The notes beneath the pieces were generated by a model, which worked only from the letters and a program-made list of their open reading frames with translations, searched no databases and was not told the origin of the DNA. Positions 44,391 to 45,403 of a DNA stretch of 45,403 bases are shown one piece after another. The translations under genes and the position numbers were made by a program. The stretch lies in IMG/VR virus record IMGVR_UViG_3300009156_000009; one strand, 5' to 3'. This stretch comes from a virus. Position 1 is the first letter of the stretch; every line of letters begins with the position of its first letter.

Positions 44391-44624
44391 TCACGATTCG
44401 GCCTTCGTTTCTGTGTTGGGAACCGCCGCCAGATACGCCTCGATGCCGATTCGCAAGGCATCCCGCGTGCCCAGGCGCATGATTGAAGAGTCCTTGCCGT
44501 CCGGCTCCCGGATGACTAGGCCGTTTCCGCGATTCAGGACTCCGATCCTGGCGTCCCGCAGTTCCACGAGCGTATCCGAGAGAGCTAGGTGCGCGGCGGT
44601 TAGAGCTTGCTCGTCCAGGCTCAT
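44391..44624 (-). CDS. Hypothetical protein (77 aa)
   Basis: The internal ATG is preceded by GAAGGAGGGCGC and overlaps the upstream stop (ATGA). Confidence 0.55.
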   Translation of the reverse strand: MSLDEQALTAAHLALSDTLVELRDARIGVLNRGNGLVIREPDGKDSSIMRLGTRDALRIGIEAYLAAVPNTETKAES

Positions 44625-44875
44625 GCGCCCTCCTTCGGAATGGAGTCTGTGTTCGAGGCAATCCGCTGCACGGCTTCCAAGTAGGGACGAACTCGCTCGG
44701 CCTCGCCCTCGATGACGATTCGTACGCGCCCTGTGCGCTCCGTCTCCACCACTCCGAGCGTCCAGTTGTCGCGGTCTGCCCGCTGCCACTCGACGTTCAC
44801 CGTCAACTCACCGACCGGATACGGCGGCGGGTCGTAGGGCTGCACTCGAGGCGGATTGAAGAACTCGTGGTTCAT
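44621..44875 (-). CDS. Hypothetical protein (84 aa) ending ...SNTDSIPKEGA
   Basis: The ATG is preceded by GGGGGGAGC. The 3' end belongs to a 41-bp junction block repeated at 44872-44912. Confidence 0.55.
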   Translation of the reverse strand: MNHEFFNPPRVQPYDPPPYPVGELTVNVEWQRADRDNWTLGVVETERTGRVRIVIEGEAERVRPYLEAVQRIASNTDSIPKEGA

Positions 44876-45069
44876 GCTCCCCCCTTGGGAATGGAGTCTT
44901 GGTTAGAGGTCGAGCACTTCAAACACGCGCCGCAACAGACGCAGAGCTTTGGCGGCGTCCTGCGATAGAGGTTCGGATAGGAGCACTCGCCACAGCGAAT
45001 GATCGAACCGGGCACGCTCGCCGCTCGCACGCCCGTGTGCCTGTCGTCCTGCAAGCGGTAGCGTCTCAC
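44872..45069 (-). CDS. Zinc-ribbon protein (65 aa) ending ...TSNQDSIPKGGA
   Basis: GTGA overlap start. The motifs are IRCGEC ... CVCCGACLKC. Confidence 0.5.
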   Translation of the reverse strand: MRRYRLQDDRHTGVRAASVPGSIIRCGECSYPNLYRRTPPKLCVCCGACLKCSTSNQDSIPKGGA

Positions 45070-45350
45070 GTCTTCGGCTCCATAGCTGGATCGCGCTCCA
45101 CTGGCGCTCGGTCTTGGTTAGAGGTTGCCGTGAACCACGCCTCCAGCTCGGGTACGCACCCGTCGCACAGATCCCATTCGCGCCCGTAGCCGTCGATATT
45201 CGACCCGAACCAGAACCCGTCAGCCCGAATCCTTCCGCCTGCTCGCGAGGACGGGCCGAGCAGGATTTCCGAGTCGCAACGGTCACACCTGATGCTCACG
45301 GGAACGTCAGTTGAGTAGGTGCGCGTCTCAGTCTTCGTTTGAACGCTCAC
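45066..45350 (-). CDS. Zinc-ribbon protein (94 aa) with an SNQD cassette. Its start lies inside the terminal repeat.
   Basis: The motifs are IRCDRCD ... LCDGC. It is paralogous in outline to 44872..45069. The start codon at 45350 corresponds to base 70 of the window start, directly after the stop of 67..555. Confidence 0.55.
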   Translation of the reverse strand: MSVQTKTETRTYSTDVPVSIRCDRCDSEILLGPSSRAGGRIRADGFWFGSNIDGYGREWDLCDGCVPELEAWFTATSNQDRAPVERDPAMEPKT

Positions 45351-45403
45351 TCGCGCTCCCGTGCTGGATCGGGCGCGTCACGATCCCGGTCTTGGTTCGA
45401 GAC
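45281..45403. repeat. Terminal direct repeat, copy 2 (identical to 1-123)
   Basis: Direct comparison with the first 123 bases. Confidence 0.95.

Overview
This window looks like a complete high-GC, tailed dsDNA phage genome. Bases 1-123 are repeated exactly at 45281-45403, so the unique length is about 45,280 bp, closed as a circle or terminally redundant. All domain calls below are motif-level readings of the translated ORFs made from memory. No database or HMM search was run.

Layout:
- A minus-strand block of about 35 small early-type genes runs from about 8.8 kb down through base 1 and wraps to about 44.4 kb. It includes an HNH endonuclease, zinc-ribbon proteins, RHH/HTH proteins, an SSB-like protein and a stand-alone Rpf-like transglycosylase.
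- A long plus-strand late operon runs from 9.07 to 42.17 kb and ends at a strong bidirectional hairpin. It encodes an RHH protein, the large terminase, portal, prohead protease, a scaffold-fused major capsid protein, connector proteins, tail chaperones, a 991-aa tape measure, tail-tip proteins and a holin-like protein.
- A small mixed-strand accessory block at 42.2-44.4 kb carries a beta-class DNA amino-methyltransferase and an apparently leaderless two-gene HTH cassette.
- I could not recognise an integrase, DNA polymerase, primase or helicase. No tRNA or CRISPR array was found.
- An actinobacterial host is inferred from the Rpf domain, a DUF1360-type membrane protein, GC content and TANNNT -10 boxes with apparently leaderless starts.

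The stand-out content is a dispersed glycan and fibre system inside the structural operon:
- About 6 kb between terminase and portal encodes a GH114-like hydrolase, a LamG protein, four tandem GT-A glycosyltransferases and an SDR sugar epimerase.
- Two further glycosyltransferase-like genes are embedded in the structural operon. One sits between the protease and capsid genes and lacks a canonical start codon. The other is a GT2+TPR gene translationally coupled to the head-tail adaptor.
- An approximately 8-kb fibre module lies between the capsid and connector genes. It contains two collagen-like proteins built almost entirely of Gly-X-Thr triplets, the same triplet type as the O-glycosylated BclA collagen region. 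It also contains tandem paralogs and a roughly 100-aa module present three times.
- My hypothesis is that the phage builds and glycosylates collagen-like virion fibres.

Other signals worth a look:
- A dispersed AT-rich 13-mer, CGTAACGTAACGG.
- A shared SNQD 3' cassette on four consecutive early genes.
- A 27-bp direct repeat bracketing the HTH cassette.
- Lysis and peptidoglycan functions split over three loci.
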